Origin: Prasinococcaceae sp. CCMP 1430
Lineage: Eukaryota; Plantae; Prasinodermophyta
Direction: 5' to 3'
Length of the DNA: 47,192 nt
Assembly (NCBI GenBank): GCA_013416795.1
Contig: RQSC01000007.1
Span: 265,836 to 313,027, forward strand
Numbering within the stretch: the first letter of the stretch is position 1; each line of letters opens with the position of its first letter. The notes under the pieces were generated by a model. The model had not been told where the DNA came from. It did not search any database and worked only from the letters and a program-made list of their open reading frames with translations. Position numbers and translations under genes: made by a program. Of this stretch, positions 22,680-33,597 are shown one piece after another.

Positions 22680-23000
22680 AAAGCACGTTCGTACGCATGG
22701 TTTGAGGTTTTAGTTGGGGCAGGGTTTATTGGAAAATCAAGCTCCGGGCCGCGGGGCCACACACCCATCATCATCAGTGTGCGCTGCACGCTCCAGGTTT
22801 AGGTTTTGTGGTTTGGGGTGATGTAAACAGGTTTCGACCGAATGCGAGCCGCGAGGTGTGGTGGCTGGTGACCGTTGTTTTGGTTCGGACGTCCGGGGTC
22901 GACGGTGGACCGCAACATATTTGGGGTGCATCCGCCCGCGGCGCCGCGCGTTCCTGTGGCATCGATAATGGCATTCTCAGACCCTAAAATATGCAGCGTT
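22680..23000. promoter_or_regulatory. Bidirectional promoter-like AT-rich islands between katanin p80 and the coiled-coil gene
   Basis: CAGGGTTTA 22720-22728, GGTTTAGGTTTTGTGGTTTGGGG ~22796-22818, ACCCTAAAA 22981-22989. Confidence 0.6.
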
Positions 23001-23271
23001 CCCCGCGCGCTCGCGCTCGCTCGCGCGCGCTCGTGTGGCGCGCGCGCGCGCGCCGCGCCGGCGTGCGGGCGCCACACGACGCTCGGCCGCTGCGCGGTCC
23101 TGCCGGGGTGGTGGTGGGGGTGTGTGGGTGTGGGTTGGGGGGGAAGGTCGTCGGAGGCGGGAGGAGCGCCTGTGAAGAGGGGTCCTCCTCCGCGCGTTCG
23201 CTCCCCCGGGTCCTTTTGGTGGGCCGTGGTCGCTGCAGCGGCCACGGCTCGCGTCCGCGCCCCGCCCCGCC

Positions 23272-26200
23272 ATGCAGGGAGCGCTCGCGGCCATCCTCCA
23301 GCAGCAGCGCGCGAGCGGCGGCGGCGGTGCGGTGGGCGCGACGCCGGCGCTGGGCGTCGTGAGCGCACAACCGAGCTATGGCGCACCACCAAGCAGTGGC
23401 GTGAGCGCGGCGGCGTCCCGCACCGCAATTTCTGCAGGTGGCCCAGCGCCTGGCATGCGTGCGCGCTTCGACGCGTCGGCGGTGACGCCCGCTCCCACGT
23501 ACTCAGGCGCGTACTCGGGGGGGTCGTCCGCGTATCACACGCGAGGTAGCGTCGACAGCACGACCATTGGGACAGGTGGCGCGCGCGGGGCGACCAGCTT
23601 TGCGGGAGCCACACCCATGAGCAAGCCGGGTGTGGGCGTCGTCGCAGCCGGTGGCGGAGCGGGCGGAGGTGCCGCCTCGTACGATTTGGTGCACCTGTCG
23701 TCGCGCAACGCGCGCCTCGAGGAGAAGCTCGCCAAAGCGCTGGCGAAGAACCGCTCAATGGCCAAATACTATGACCAGTTGCTCTCCAAGGCGCGCGAGC
23801 AGCACGAGCGCGACCTAGCGATCGCCTCGAACGCCGGCCGGCGCCTGGAGGAGGAGGTGGCGCGCCTGCAGCCGATGCAGGAGGCGCTCGCGCGCGAGCG
23901 AGCTGAGCGCGACCGCCTCGAGCGGGAGAACGAGCGACTCGCCGAGGCGCAGCAGAGCGACGGTGCCGCGAGGAGAGAGGAGGCTTCTGCTCTGTCGCAG
24001 ACGGTGACGCGCCTCACCGAGCAGCTCGCGCAGAAGGACGCCGAGCTCCAGGTCATGCGCACGACGCAGACGTACGGGACCTCTGACACAGAGATGAGGA
24101 GCCTCCTGGAGGAGGCAAAGCGTGAGCGCAAAGACGCCGCGGCGAGGGAGGCGCGGCGCATGAGTGAGATGAATCAGCAGCTGGCGGAGATAAAAGAGGA
24201 AGCGATGGCGCGCATCGCGGAGAACGCCGAGGCGCAGCGAGAGCTGCAGGAGGCGCGGGAACACGTGTGGAAGGCCGATGCGGAGGTCGACAGGCTGCAT
24301 GCTGAGATGGCCGAGGCCAGGCGTTTCGAGCAGCGCGCGAAGGAGAGCGAGGAGGAGGCGCGCGCGCTGCGCTCAAATTATGCACAGGCGTGCGACGAGC
24401 GCGACCACTTCAGACGGCTGTCAGCGCGCGCGGAAGTTCTCGAGCAGCAGTCAGCCAAGGCGGACGAGGAGCGCATGGGCCTACAGGAGGAGCGCAAGGG
24501 GCTGCAGAAGGCTTTGAACGAGCTGACCGACAAGTTCGTGCTTCTCACCGCGGAGAAGGAAATGCTCGTACGCCACTCAGCAGCGAGTGTGCACGCTGAC
24601 GTAGCACTCGCCGACGCGCGCGAGGAGATTACTCGCTTGCGGCGCTTCCAGCGTGAGGACGACGCGCGCACCTCGGGAGCGGTGTCCGGCGCGCGCGCGC
24701 TTGCCGCCGCGTGCGCAGAACACGCCACGCAGCACGGGCGTTGGGAGCGCGAGGCGCATGGATTGCTGCGAGCCACGGAGGCAGAGTTTCGCGCGCAACG
24801 CGACGCTGCCGTCGGCTGCGTGGCCGCTGCCGAGGCGGACGCATCGCAGCTCGCCGCCGCCGCCCTCGACGCCATTCGTGCTGCTCGCTCGTACGTGCAC
24901 TCTATCAAGGAGGACTTCGCCGCGGGCGTCAGGCAGGCGGCGTCGCTGGCAACGGCGGATATTGTCAAGGAGCTCAACGGGATGCGCGAGGCTGTCGCTG
25001 AGAAGGACGCGCTCCTGCAGCGCGCTCGCGAGCGGCAGGCGGGGCTCGAGACCGATGTGCGGCGCGCACGCGCCGCGGCACAGCGTTGCGCGGCTGAGCG
25101 TGACATGGCCGCGGCCGAGGTGCCCGCGCTGCGCGAGCACAACAAGGCGCTCATGGAGGGTGCTGGCCTCGCGTCCGAGGCACTGGCTCGCGTCAAGCGC
25201 GACGTCGCCTCGTTGGAGAGTAAATTGGCGCAGGTCGTCGAGGAGGGCGAGGGCGAGGGCACAAGCGGAGACTCTGCGCTGCCCAAGATTCACGAGAGCA
25301 AAGCCGAGGACAACGGCAAGCGGAGCAAGAATAGCAACAGCTCGCCGCGTCTTTCGCGAGTCGCCTCCAGTGGGGGCACAATGGCTTCCGCGTCACCTGC
25401 GAGGGTGGACATGTCAGCGGCTGAGGCGCTCGTTGCAGAGCTCGCCGCGCTCAGTACCATGCCCCCGTCGCGTCCGATTACAGCGGAGGCGGAGCGTGGG
25501 TCGCCCGATGCTGAGATCGTGCGACGCGCCCTTGCCGCAGCAAGGAAGAGCATGGGTGGGTGCGTTGGCGAGGGCGAGGGCGGCATGGACGGGCTGCAGG
25601 AAAGCGCCAACATTGATGCAGGCCTGCTCGGGTACTCCACAGTGCGCAAGGCGTATCTCACTTGCAAATTGCAAAAAATGGGACTGCAGATGTACATCAG
25701 GGCCATGCACGCGGAGGCAGCGACTGCATCATCTGGCGGTGGATTCGCCATATGCCAGGCAGAGATGCTCCGAGCGCAGTTGGCGAATGCCCAAGTTGAA
25801 CGGCGGCTCGCTGCAGCTGCGATGGAGGGCGCGCAAGGCGAGCACGCCGTGGCGATGCGCATGCGATGGTGGCTGTTCGCCGCGCGCCTGAGGCTGCGTG
25901 CGAGCAGAATTGAGGCTGCACGCGCCGATCGCCAGGCAGCGGCCATCAAGGAGCTTGTCGCGAGTCTCGAGCGCGCGCGCACGGACTGTGCTGCCTCCGA
26001 CGAGGCTGCCGCGCGCGTGCGCGATGAGTGCGTGCGCTTGCGTGCCGAGCTCGGCGCTGCTGCGCAGCGCTTTGCTGCTGATGATGAGCTGCGGCGCGGA
26101 ATCGTGCGCGGGGACATCGTCGCAGACGAAGCTCTGCGCGAGGCATTCGAACGCGCTGGCGTCACCGATTGGCGTGGAAAGGCCTCCGAGATTGCAGGAG

Positions 26201-26877
26201 AGACGGCCGTCGTCACCCTCTTGCAGCGCATGGCAGGGCTGGTCAAGGAGCTCGAGCAAGGGGACGAGGCTGTCGCCGCTGCACTGGTCCCAATGAGTGG
26301 TGGTGATGCGGGTCGTGTGGACAGGGGCCAGGCGGACGCGCTCCACACGGAGCTCTCGGCGCAACGTGACGGCGTGATCGGGGCGGTTGCGGATGCCGGC
26401 GCAGACGCCTCGGCGGGCGGAGTCGCCGCTCAGCAGCTGCTGCGTCTCAAGGGCTGGGGCGTGGCCGCGTTGTTGCAACGGCTTGCGCTCGAGCGGCGAT
26501 TAGCAGAGCTCAAAGCCGAGCTCGCTGCGCAAGAGGCCGCCGCGCTGGACGCCGCTGCACGTGGGCGCGAGGGCGAGGTGCGATCCAGGTGGGAAAAGGT
26601 CAGGATGGCAGTTCGGCTCACACACGGCACGATGGACCTCAAGGCGACAGTGAGGAGAGCCGATACTAGCCCACAGACTGTCGAGCTCTTGCCCAGGAAG
26701 GGGCACGCGCGCGCGCGCGCGCGTGCCCAAGACCACGATGACGACGACCAATATCGGCACGGGCCTGGCCATGGGAGTCCGGGCCCATTGGAGGAGCTGC
26801 GGAGCTTTGGGCAGTCGTTCATGGAGCTGCACCAGCCACCAAGCACATACACTCCAATGGTGCGTGGGTGTGACTAA
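23272..26877 (+). CDS. Intronless 1201-aa coiled-coil protein of unknown function
   Basis: A single 3.6-kb ORF with a G/S/A-rich N-terminus and long E/K/R/A/L heptad-like stretches. No family was recognised. Confidence 0.85.
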   Translation: MQGALAAILQQQRASGGGGAVGATPALGVVSAQPSYGAPPSSGVSAAASRTAISAGGPAPGMRARFDASAVTPAPTYSGAYSGGSSAYHTRGSVDSTTIGTGGARGATSFAGATPMSKPGVGVVAAGGGAGGGAASYDLVHLSSRNARLEEKLAKALAKNRSMAKYYDQLLSKAREQHERDLAIASNAGRRLEEEVARLQPMQEALARERAERDRLERENERLAEAQQSDGAARREEASALSQTVTRLTEQLAQKDAELQVMRTTQTYGTSDTEMRSLLEEAKRERKDAAAREARRMSEMNQQLAEIKEEAMARIAENAEAQRELQEAREHVWKADAEVDRLHAEMAEARRFEQRAKESEEEARALRSNYAQACDERDHFRRLSARAEVLEQQSAKADEERMGLQEERKGLQKALNELTDKFVLLTAEKEMLVRHSAASVHADVALADAREEITRLRRFQREDDARTSGAVSGARALAAACAEHATQHGRWEREAHGLLRATEAEFRAQRDAAVGCVAAAEADASQLAAAALDAIRAARSYVHSIKEDFAAGVRQAASLATADIVKELNGMREAVAEKDALLQRARERQAGLETDVRRARAAAQRCAAERDMAAAEVPALREHNKALMEGAGLASEALARVKRDVASLESKLAQVVEEGEGEGTSGDSALPKIHESKAEDNGKRSKNSNSSPRLSRVASSGGTMASASPARVDMSAAEALVAELAALSTMPPSRPITAEAERGSPDAEIVRRALAAARKSMGGCVGEGEGGMDGLQESANIDAGLLGYSTVRKAYLTCKLQKMGLQMYIRAMHAEAATASSGGGFAICQAEMLRAQLANAQVERRLAAAAMEGAQGEHAVAMRMRWWLFAARLRLRASRIEAARADRQAAAIKELVASLERARTDCAASDEAAARVRDECVRLRAELGAAAQRFAADDELRRGIVRGDIVADEALREAFERAGVTDWRGKASEIAGETAVVTLLQRMAGLVKELEQGDEAVAAALVPMSGGDAGRVDRGQADALHTELSAQRDGVIGAVADAGADASAGGVAAQQLLRLKGWGVAALLQRLALERRLAELKAELAAQEAAALDAAARGREGEVRSRWEKVRMAVRLTHGTMDLKATVRRADTSPQTVELLPRKGHARARARAQDHDDDDQYRHGPGHGSPGPLEELRSFGQSFMELHQPPSTYTPMVRGCD

Positions 26878-27216
26878 TGGTGCGCCCGCGCGCGTGGGTG
26901 CAACGCAGACGCCCCGAGCGCGCGCATGCGCTCGCGCTGATGCAGCTGCTGACACGGCGTCTCGTGATTGTGCGCTAATGGAATCGCACAACCAGCCTCA
27001 CCCCGTTTTGTCGGCCAGCCCCCGCCGCAAAAAGTCGCACGGCTCACACCCGGGGCGCACGAGGCCGCGCGACGTCTCGTCCACTCAACGGCACGCGGGC
27101 GGAAACGGCCGCCGAGAGTGGCGGAACAGCCCACCACGGCGCACCAGCCCGTCGCGCACGCGCTACAGGGCGGACTGAGTGCTAATCAATCGCAATTATT
27201 CCCCTGCATTCCCCTG

Positions 27217-28447
27217 CTACAGTCCGAGCGCCGCGTCCATTTCCTCGTCCCATGCGCCCATGAGGCTGTCCATGAGCGCTTCTGCCTCCTGCAGGCCGTG
27301 CCGCGCGGCGAGTGCCGCGTCGAGCAGGGCAATGACGCCATCGGCAGCGTCAGTGCGAGCGAGGCGCTCCGTTCTGCTCACAATCTCTGCGACACTGTCA
27401 GCGCCTACGCCGCAGTAAGACAGCACGTGGCGGGCAAATGGGCTCCAGTGGCCCATGTTGAGATGTTGTCCCGCCACCCCAATGCTTTCTGGCCCGTGAA
27501 TTACCTGGTGCACCCTTCCAAAGCGGCCGCGCACGCGGCGTCGCGTCAGCGTGCCGCGCAAGAGTATCGGGTGACGGTGGGCGCGCTGCTCTGCAGCGAC
27601 TCGTACCAATCGGGCGGGATAAGCATCCACTCCCCTGGACGCTGCACTGCCACGCGCACATCCGCGCCTGCTCGCAGCAGCTCTCTGACGAGCTCGCTTT
27701 GCTCGGCGAGCGCGAACGCAACCTCCTCCTCGCCGGCATCGGCCAGCGAGTCCAGCTGCGTGGCGTCGAAGCCGGCATACAGGTCGAGCTCGGACTCCGC
27801 GCCGGCGCCGATGCCGTACGGGGAGCTCCCATCATCGCTGCCTCCGTCGCCCCCCCACGCAACGGGCGGCTTTGGCCGCATTTGGAGGAGATGCGACGTC
27901 GGCGAGTCGGACTCCATCGTTGGTGCGACGAAGGTCCACAGCTTGCAGCCCCGCGCGCATAGGTTCCATCCAAGCCATGAATACGGGTCGGCGTGAAGGG
28001 AGGAGCGCGCGGCGCGTGAGGCGGCGACGAGCGCGAGGCCCGGCGCGAGCTGCGGTGGGAAGGCGTCCGCGCCAAACAGGCTCGCGCCGAAAGCGCCTTC
28101 GTCCAGAGCAAACACGTCGTGAAAGACGCGGCGAGCAGGCTCCGACGGGCCCTCCGTTTGGTAAAGGCCGTTGAGCAGATCCTCATCGAGCAGATACGCG
28201 CCATCGCGTGCGCCCGCCGCGACAACCTCGGCGAGAGCGTCCGTGAGCGTCATTTCGCGTAGCGCAGCGCCCTCCGCGCGCGCGCCGCGCTGCTCCTGCA
28301 GCGTCGCGGTCGCCCCGCCCGCCGCCGACGAGAGCGCGTCGAGCGCTGCCTGCGCATCGCGCGCAGTGCGCCGCCGCCGCCGAGGGCACCGCCGTCGCGG
28401 TAGCGCGCGACCGCCGACGCCGCCGACGCCGACGCCGCCGACGCCAT
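27217..28447 (-). CDS. JmjC/cupin-like 2-oxoglutarate Fe(II) oxygenase
   Basis: Removing intron 27606-27515 restores QRPGEWMLIPPDW/VHQV; with SSLHADP..WN..GCKLW this gives an H-x-D...H triad. The N-terminus is ambiguous: ATG 28447 needs a frameshift near 28360. Confidence 0.8.
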
Positions 28448-28539
28448 CCACCTTCTTCCTCCCCTTCCTCCCCCCCTCCCCCCGCCTGCCCCCGCTGCAC
28501 TGTGTGTGCCGCCGCCGGCGCCGCCCGCCGGCGGGATGA

Positions 28540-28620
28540 CGAAGGCCTCGAGGGTTTCGGGTTGGGGTTTAATCGTTTAAGGTTTTGTTCAAGGGTTCTC
28601 GTGGAGCGGGCTCAAACAGT
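28540..28620. promoter_or_regulatory. AT-rich island between divergent JmjC and phosphatase genes
   Basis: AGGGTTTCGGGTTGGGGTTTAATCGTTTAAGGTTTT from 28551. Confidence 0.55.
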
Positions 28621-28806
28621 ACTGACACAGATGCGCAGTCATTGGTGCGGGTGCGTACCGCCACACCACGCGACGCGCAGCGGCGGGGGCGGCGGCAGCG
28701 GCAACGACGACGCGGACGCGCGGGGCGCGCGTGCCGTACCTCACCCTTGACCCCACAGCCGCCATCGTTGTCCTTGCCGGCGGCGCACGCGCTGGCGGCC
28801 AGCACA

Positions 28807-31318
28807 ATGGCGGCGCGGGCGGCAGCACCGCCGGCGAGAAGCTTTGGAGGGCGGGAAGTGGCACAGAAAAATACAGGCGACGCGTCGTCGTCGGGCGGAG
28901 GTGCCAGCGGCAGTGCAGGTATGGTGACGGAGGGGCAGGCGGCACACAGTGCCGAGATCGCCTGTGGCGAAAAAGCCGATGGCACGTTGCCGCCGCTACC
29001 ATCGCCGCCGCCCGCAAGCGAGCCGAAAGCGCAGGCTGGTTGCTCGCCGTGCTCCAAAAAGAGGCACAAGATTGGTCGGCGGCACTGGCGTCAGCGGCAG
29101 GCGGAGGCGCTCGCGCACGACGCAGCGCGCTCTCTGTCCGCAGGGGCCGCGGTCGGTGACGACGGCGGCGCGACCAGATTGCGCACCGCAATATTTCCTG
29201 CACCTGTCGGCGGCGCGAACGCGGGGCCAGGTGGGCTCGGAGCAGGAGCAATGGCGGAGAAGAGGTCACGCAATGTCAGCGAGAGAAATGCGCCCCTGCC
29301 TACGTACGGGCCGTGTGACAACTCGGACGACGACGGGGGTAGTGCTGAAGAAGTAAGCGCGCGCCCGTTAACGGCGGGAGAATATCGTGCTCCGTGCGCG
29401 TTGCGCGCGTGGTAGCTCCTTCTGCCGTAGTGCGCATGCTGACGCACCGCGCGGATTCACTCCATATACCCGACGATGAATCCACGCACGCCATCCGATG
29501 GCTGTTGCAACGAAGTTCGAGGAGAGCGCCGCCCGCGCATTCGCCGACGATCGAGGTGCACTGTCGCCGTCCGCGCGAGCTGTCAGGGAAGAGGATGTTT
29601 TCGAGGATGCCGCTGAGATGGCAGAGGACTGCGGCCACGACGATGTCACTACGATCGACTTTAAAGACCAGGACGGCGGTGTCGTGCGTCACCTCACTGT
29701 CGGGACGGGTCCCGCGCCTCTCGTGGTGCCGCTGGAGCTGCTCACGGCGCTCGAGGCGCACCCCGGCTATTTCCCGAACTTGCGGGACCCCACGCGCGCC
29801 TTGCAGTCTTGCACGATTGCTACGCGCGATGAGCACGGCAAGCCGATCGCCACAACGCATCAACTGCTACGCCCGGGAGCCATCTATCGCGGCTCGCAAT
29901 GCTACGACGACCACCATGTGCGCCAGCTGCGCATTCGTACAATCTTGACGCTCTATAAGCCCGCCAAGCGCCCGCCCGCCTCCGAGATGCGACACTCAAC
30001 TCAGCACATCGGCACATCGGGGGGATCGGTGGCCCCGGGCGCGAGCACCGCGGCGACCGGTGGCAATTTCGGCAATGCACACAGCGAAGAGGAGGACGCG
30101 CAGAGCACAGGCACCACCACGCGAGGCTTTGCATCGCTGATGACCATTCCCATCGCGCAGGTGCTGCCGCAAGAGCTGCAGCCGCAGCTCGACGCGCCCG
30201 ACCTTGTTGCGGCGTCTTCCGGCGACGGCGCTGCCACTGCCGCTGCCGGCGATTCGCACTTGCAGCGCCAGATTCACGTGAATCTCATCCCGACGGGAAC
30301 CTCGCTGCACATCTTGCGCAAGTTCCCGTGGTGGAACGTCATGTACGTGCTTCTATTTGGCTGGTGGGCGGTGCAGGGCGGCGCCGAGCAGGCTGTCTTC
30401 ACTTCGTTCCCGTCCGAGCGCATGAAGTTCTGTGCCTCGCTCTCAGCAATCGTCGTTGGCGTGGGCATCGGTGTCCTCGTGGGCCTCCTCATCAACCTTC
30501 TCGCGGGTGGGCTCTCTTCAGGCGCCGGCGCCGCCATTTCTGTGGTCGTCTTCATTGTGGTGGTCGTCGGGTGCGCCTTGCTGACGTGGTGGGCGCTTGA
30601 GAAGTACTGGGTCAAGAAATGGGAGGGTTGGGAGACGCTGTACATCACTATTCTCGACCACTCGAAGGCACAGATGGCGGAGGCGCTGCGCGTGTTCGCA
30701 GACGCGGACAACTACCCCGTCTTGGTTCATTGCATTCACGGCAAAGACAGAACCGGCCTCGTGGTGTTCGTCGCCCTGAACCTTGCGCTCACCGACAACG
30801 AAGCAACCGATGGCCCGAACGCGCCGTCGAGGGGCGCTGGCCTGCGCTCGGCCCTGTCCTGGTTAGGACGCTTTTGCCAACTGAAGCGATCGCGGCCCGC
30901 GGACGACAAGGTTGGCGAGTGGAACCCCGACCACTACGATGTGCCCATCGGCAAGCATTTCATGATGTGTCTCGCCGACGACTACGCCATCACGGAGATG
31001 CTCATGCTGCGTGCGAAGGCCCGGGGCGAGCTCGGGCGGATCTCCGTCAACGGCGCGAAGGAGTACATGATCGGCGATCTATGCTTGGGCTCCCCCCGGA
31101 AGGCCTTGGTGGAGACGGCCAAGCACCTGGTCAAGACATACGGCTCCGTGCGCAATTACGCTGCGCGGATAGGCCTCACGAGGGAGGAGGTGCAAGCCAT
31201 CCGCAGGAACCTGCGTCGACAGCCCGACCTGCCGTTCTCTCACGGCGACCACGCCCGTACGTTCGTTCTGGACGCGCCCCTTTCCGCCGAGGACGCGGCG
31301 GGCGTCGGCACGCATTGA
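28807..31318 (+). CDS. Tyrosine/dual-specificity phosphatase (Y_phosphatase3-like) with a multi-TM insertion
   Basis: Exons 28807-29352 (GTAAGC donor) and 29516-31318 join in phase 0. Motifs are FPNLRD, RPGAIYRGSQ, P-loop VHCIHGKDRTG (~30725-30757), DDYAITE and YGSVRNYAARIGL. Hydrophobic helices lie at ~30320-30600. Confidence 0.82.
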
Positions 31319-31522
31319 CTCAATGTCCGTGCGCATTCCGCCATCCTGCTGCGAGTTCCGCTGCAACGAGTCAAGCACGAATTTTACTGGAGCTCGCGAC
31401 GCTGGGTTGCTGAGCCTTTACTACATGCAGTAGTAGTTGTGTTTAGGAGAGCGATCAGCGCCTGCATGCCGGCGTCCGTCCGCCCATCCGTCGGGGTTTG
31501 CCAGTCATCTGCCGTTGCTGCT

Positions 31523-33597
31523 TCATTCGGACGCCCCCGCCGAGGCGCGGTCGCACTCGAACGTGCCTGGGTAGAACCAGTCGCCGTCGACGATGGGCGC
31601 GAGGCTGCCATTATTCGTGCCCGCCAGCTCGCCGCGACCTGCTCCGGGCCTCGAGACCGCGCCCTTTTCGCCAAGGCGCGCCAACACATCCATCATGCCA
31701 GCCGTGCAACGCTCGTGAAACGGAGACTGAAAGCGTGTCGAGGTTCCCGGGTTCTTGTTGCACTCGATGAAATAGAAGTCGCCCGACTCGGAGATTATCT
31801 GGTCGCACCCGAGCACTGCCAGTGCGCTCGAGCAGAGCGCGTGGCAGGCAACCCGGGGCGGATGGTCGCAGCGAGCCAGCGCACACGCGAATACGAGCGA
31901 CGATGCGGGTCGGTCAGCACTATCCTCAAACACGCATGTGTCGTGTCTACAATAAGCGGCTCGTGTGTCACACATGTGCTGCGCCCCGCGCGAGATCACG
32001 CACGCACCGTCGAAGCCACCCGGCACGGGCTCGAAGTCGGCGCCATCCCCGCCGCCTCGCGGCAACATCGCCGCGATAGCCCTCGCCTGGACCCGCTTGA
32101 ACGCGTCGTCATTCACCAGCTTCGCTGCAACGCGCCCCGCAGCGACGTCGCCCTGCAGACTGCGCACGCGCAGGTGCGCCCGCAGCTGGTCCATGGACCA
32201 AAATAGGTCCCCATAGTCAGAGCGGTTGCTCGAGGAACCATGGTGCCATGAGGACGATGACGATGAGGTGCCATCTGGTCCTGGCAGTTTCTTCTGAACA
32301 TGCACGTTAGTCAACGCTGAATTCAACGCCGTGCTGTCTGGACCCTTCAAGGTGACACGAGACGCGACGCCGGGAAACGGTGGTGGTTGTAGGTGGGAGC
32401 GGCGACAATACGTCGGCGTTCGAAGCACGTTCGCGTTGGTGTCAGCGCTTGAGGGGCACGGATGGGGGTGCGGTGGGGCGCTTTCTGCATACGCTGCGCG
32501 TGCACCCTCCTATCGAACGTGCATGCGATTGCCTCATCAAGCTCCAAACGCACCTCGTACGGATGCAGCGTTTGCCTCGTATAACCAGGGCAGTAGAAAG
32601 CCAGAGGTGGGTCCCACCTCGCGATCAGCACGTAGTAGCGCACGTCGAACTTGCGCCCGCCGTTGATGAGCAGGGGGCGATCGAGGTACTCTTGAGCTAG
32701 GAATCCTCCTTTGCTTGGGCCTGGACACGGGAGCGTCTTTGACAGGCCGTAGAAGTAGCTTTCGCGCATGTTCCGTGGCATGTTCAGGAAAGCATCATTT
32801 CTGCGCACGTTTCTCGCGTTCTGCTTACCCGCGATTGCCCTGGCGATGCCCGTGAACGTGTGATTGTTGGGGTCCTGATCGCCCCCATTGCCCACGCTCC
32901 CGCTGACCAATCTGTCGCTTTCATCCCCGTTATGCCCGGCGGCCTGAGAAGGAAACCAGATCTGTATCCGGTTGCCAGACATGCCAATGGCTGGCTTGAA
33001 CAACCACTTTCTCTGGGGGCGCGTAGCAAGTTCGGCCAGGAAGGCCTCACACTCGGTCGCGTTGTAGAGGTGATAGGTCTGGAAAGTGGTATCAACGTCC
33101 GAGCACCCTGGGAGGCGGCGCTGAGCCCAGCTGGTAAATGCGGCGTACTGGCGCGCCTTGTTCCACGAGATCGCCGAGCGCGTAGCCATTAATTCACTGT
33201 CCGTCAGCGTGCCAATGCGCACCATGTCGACGCCCGGGCGCATATTCTGGAGGTACCTGTCCGGGCTGTCTCTGTTGTGTTTGAAGAATTGTTGGTTCGT
33301 GTGGTACCACATGATGATTGGAGGTAACTCCGCTTGGCCATCGCCACCCGTGGCGTTGGGGGCGGCGTTCCTTCTCTCAAGCATGCCGAGCACGTCGCCC
33401 TCCTTGCGCACGGCCCAGCCAATGCTCTCTGCCCTACGCCGCACCGCCTTGCTTACATGGCGCACGGCGAGGATGCCACGACTCGTGCTTGCTGCCGAGT
33501 CGGTGTTCACCGCCGCAGCGACGAAGAGCCCAAGAAAGGCCGGCGCCAGCGCCCCGAGCAGCAGCACAAGGGACAGGCGCGCGAGCCTGCTCACCAT
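31523..33597 (-). CDS. Tubulin-tyrosine-ligase-like ATP-grasp protein with N-terminal signal peptide/anchor
   Basis: Exons 33597-32554 and 32344-31523. Motifs are WLFKP, AQEYLDRPLLINGGRKFDVRYYVL, LTNVHVQK, LGCD and YFIECNKNPG. The N-terminus is MVSRLARLSLVLLLGALAPAFLGLFVAAAV. Confidence 0.85.

Noticed and set aside
27515-27606. JmjC apparently lacking its third iron ligand (WYE instead of WxH)
   Set aside because: A 92-nt GT-AG intron with a CTGAC branch point restores DWVHQV.
28585-29415. Stand-alone 276-aa ORF
   Set aside because: A strong GTAAGC donor at 29353 joins it in phase to the phosphatase exon, so it is treated as exon 1.
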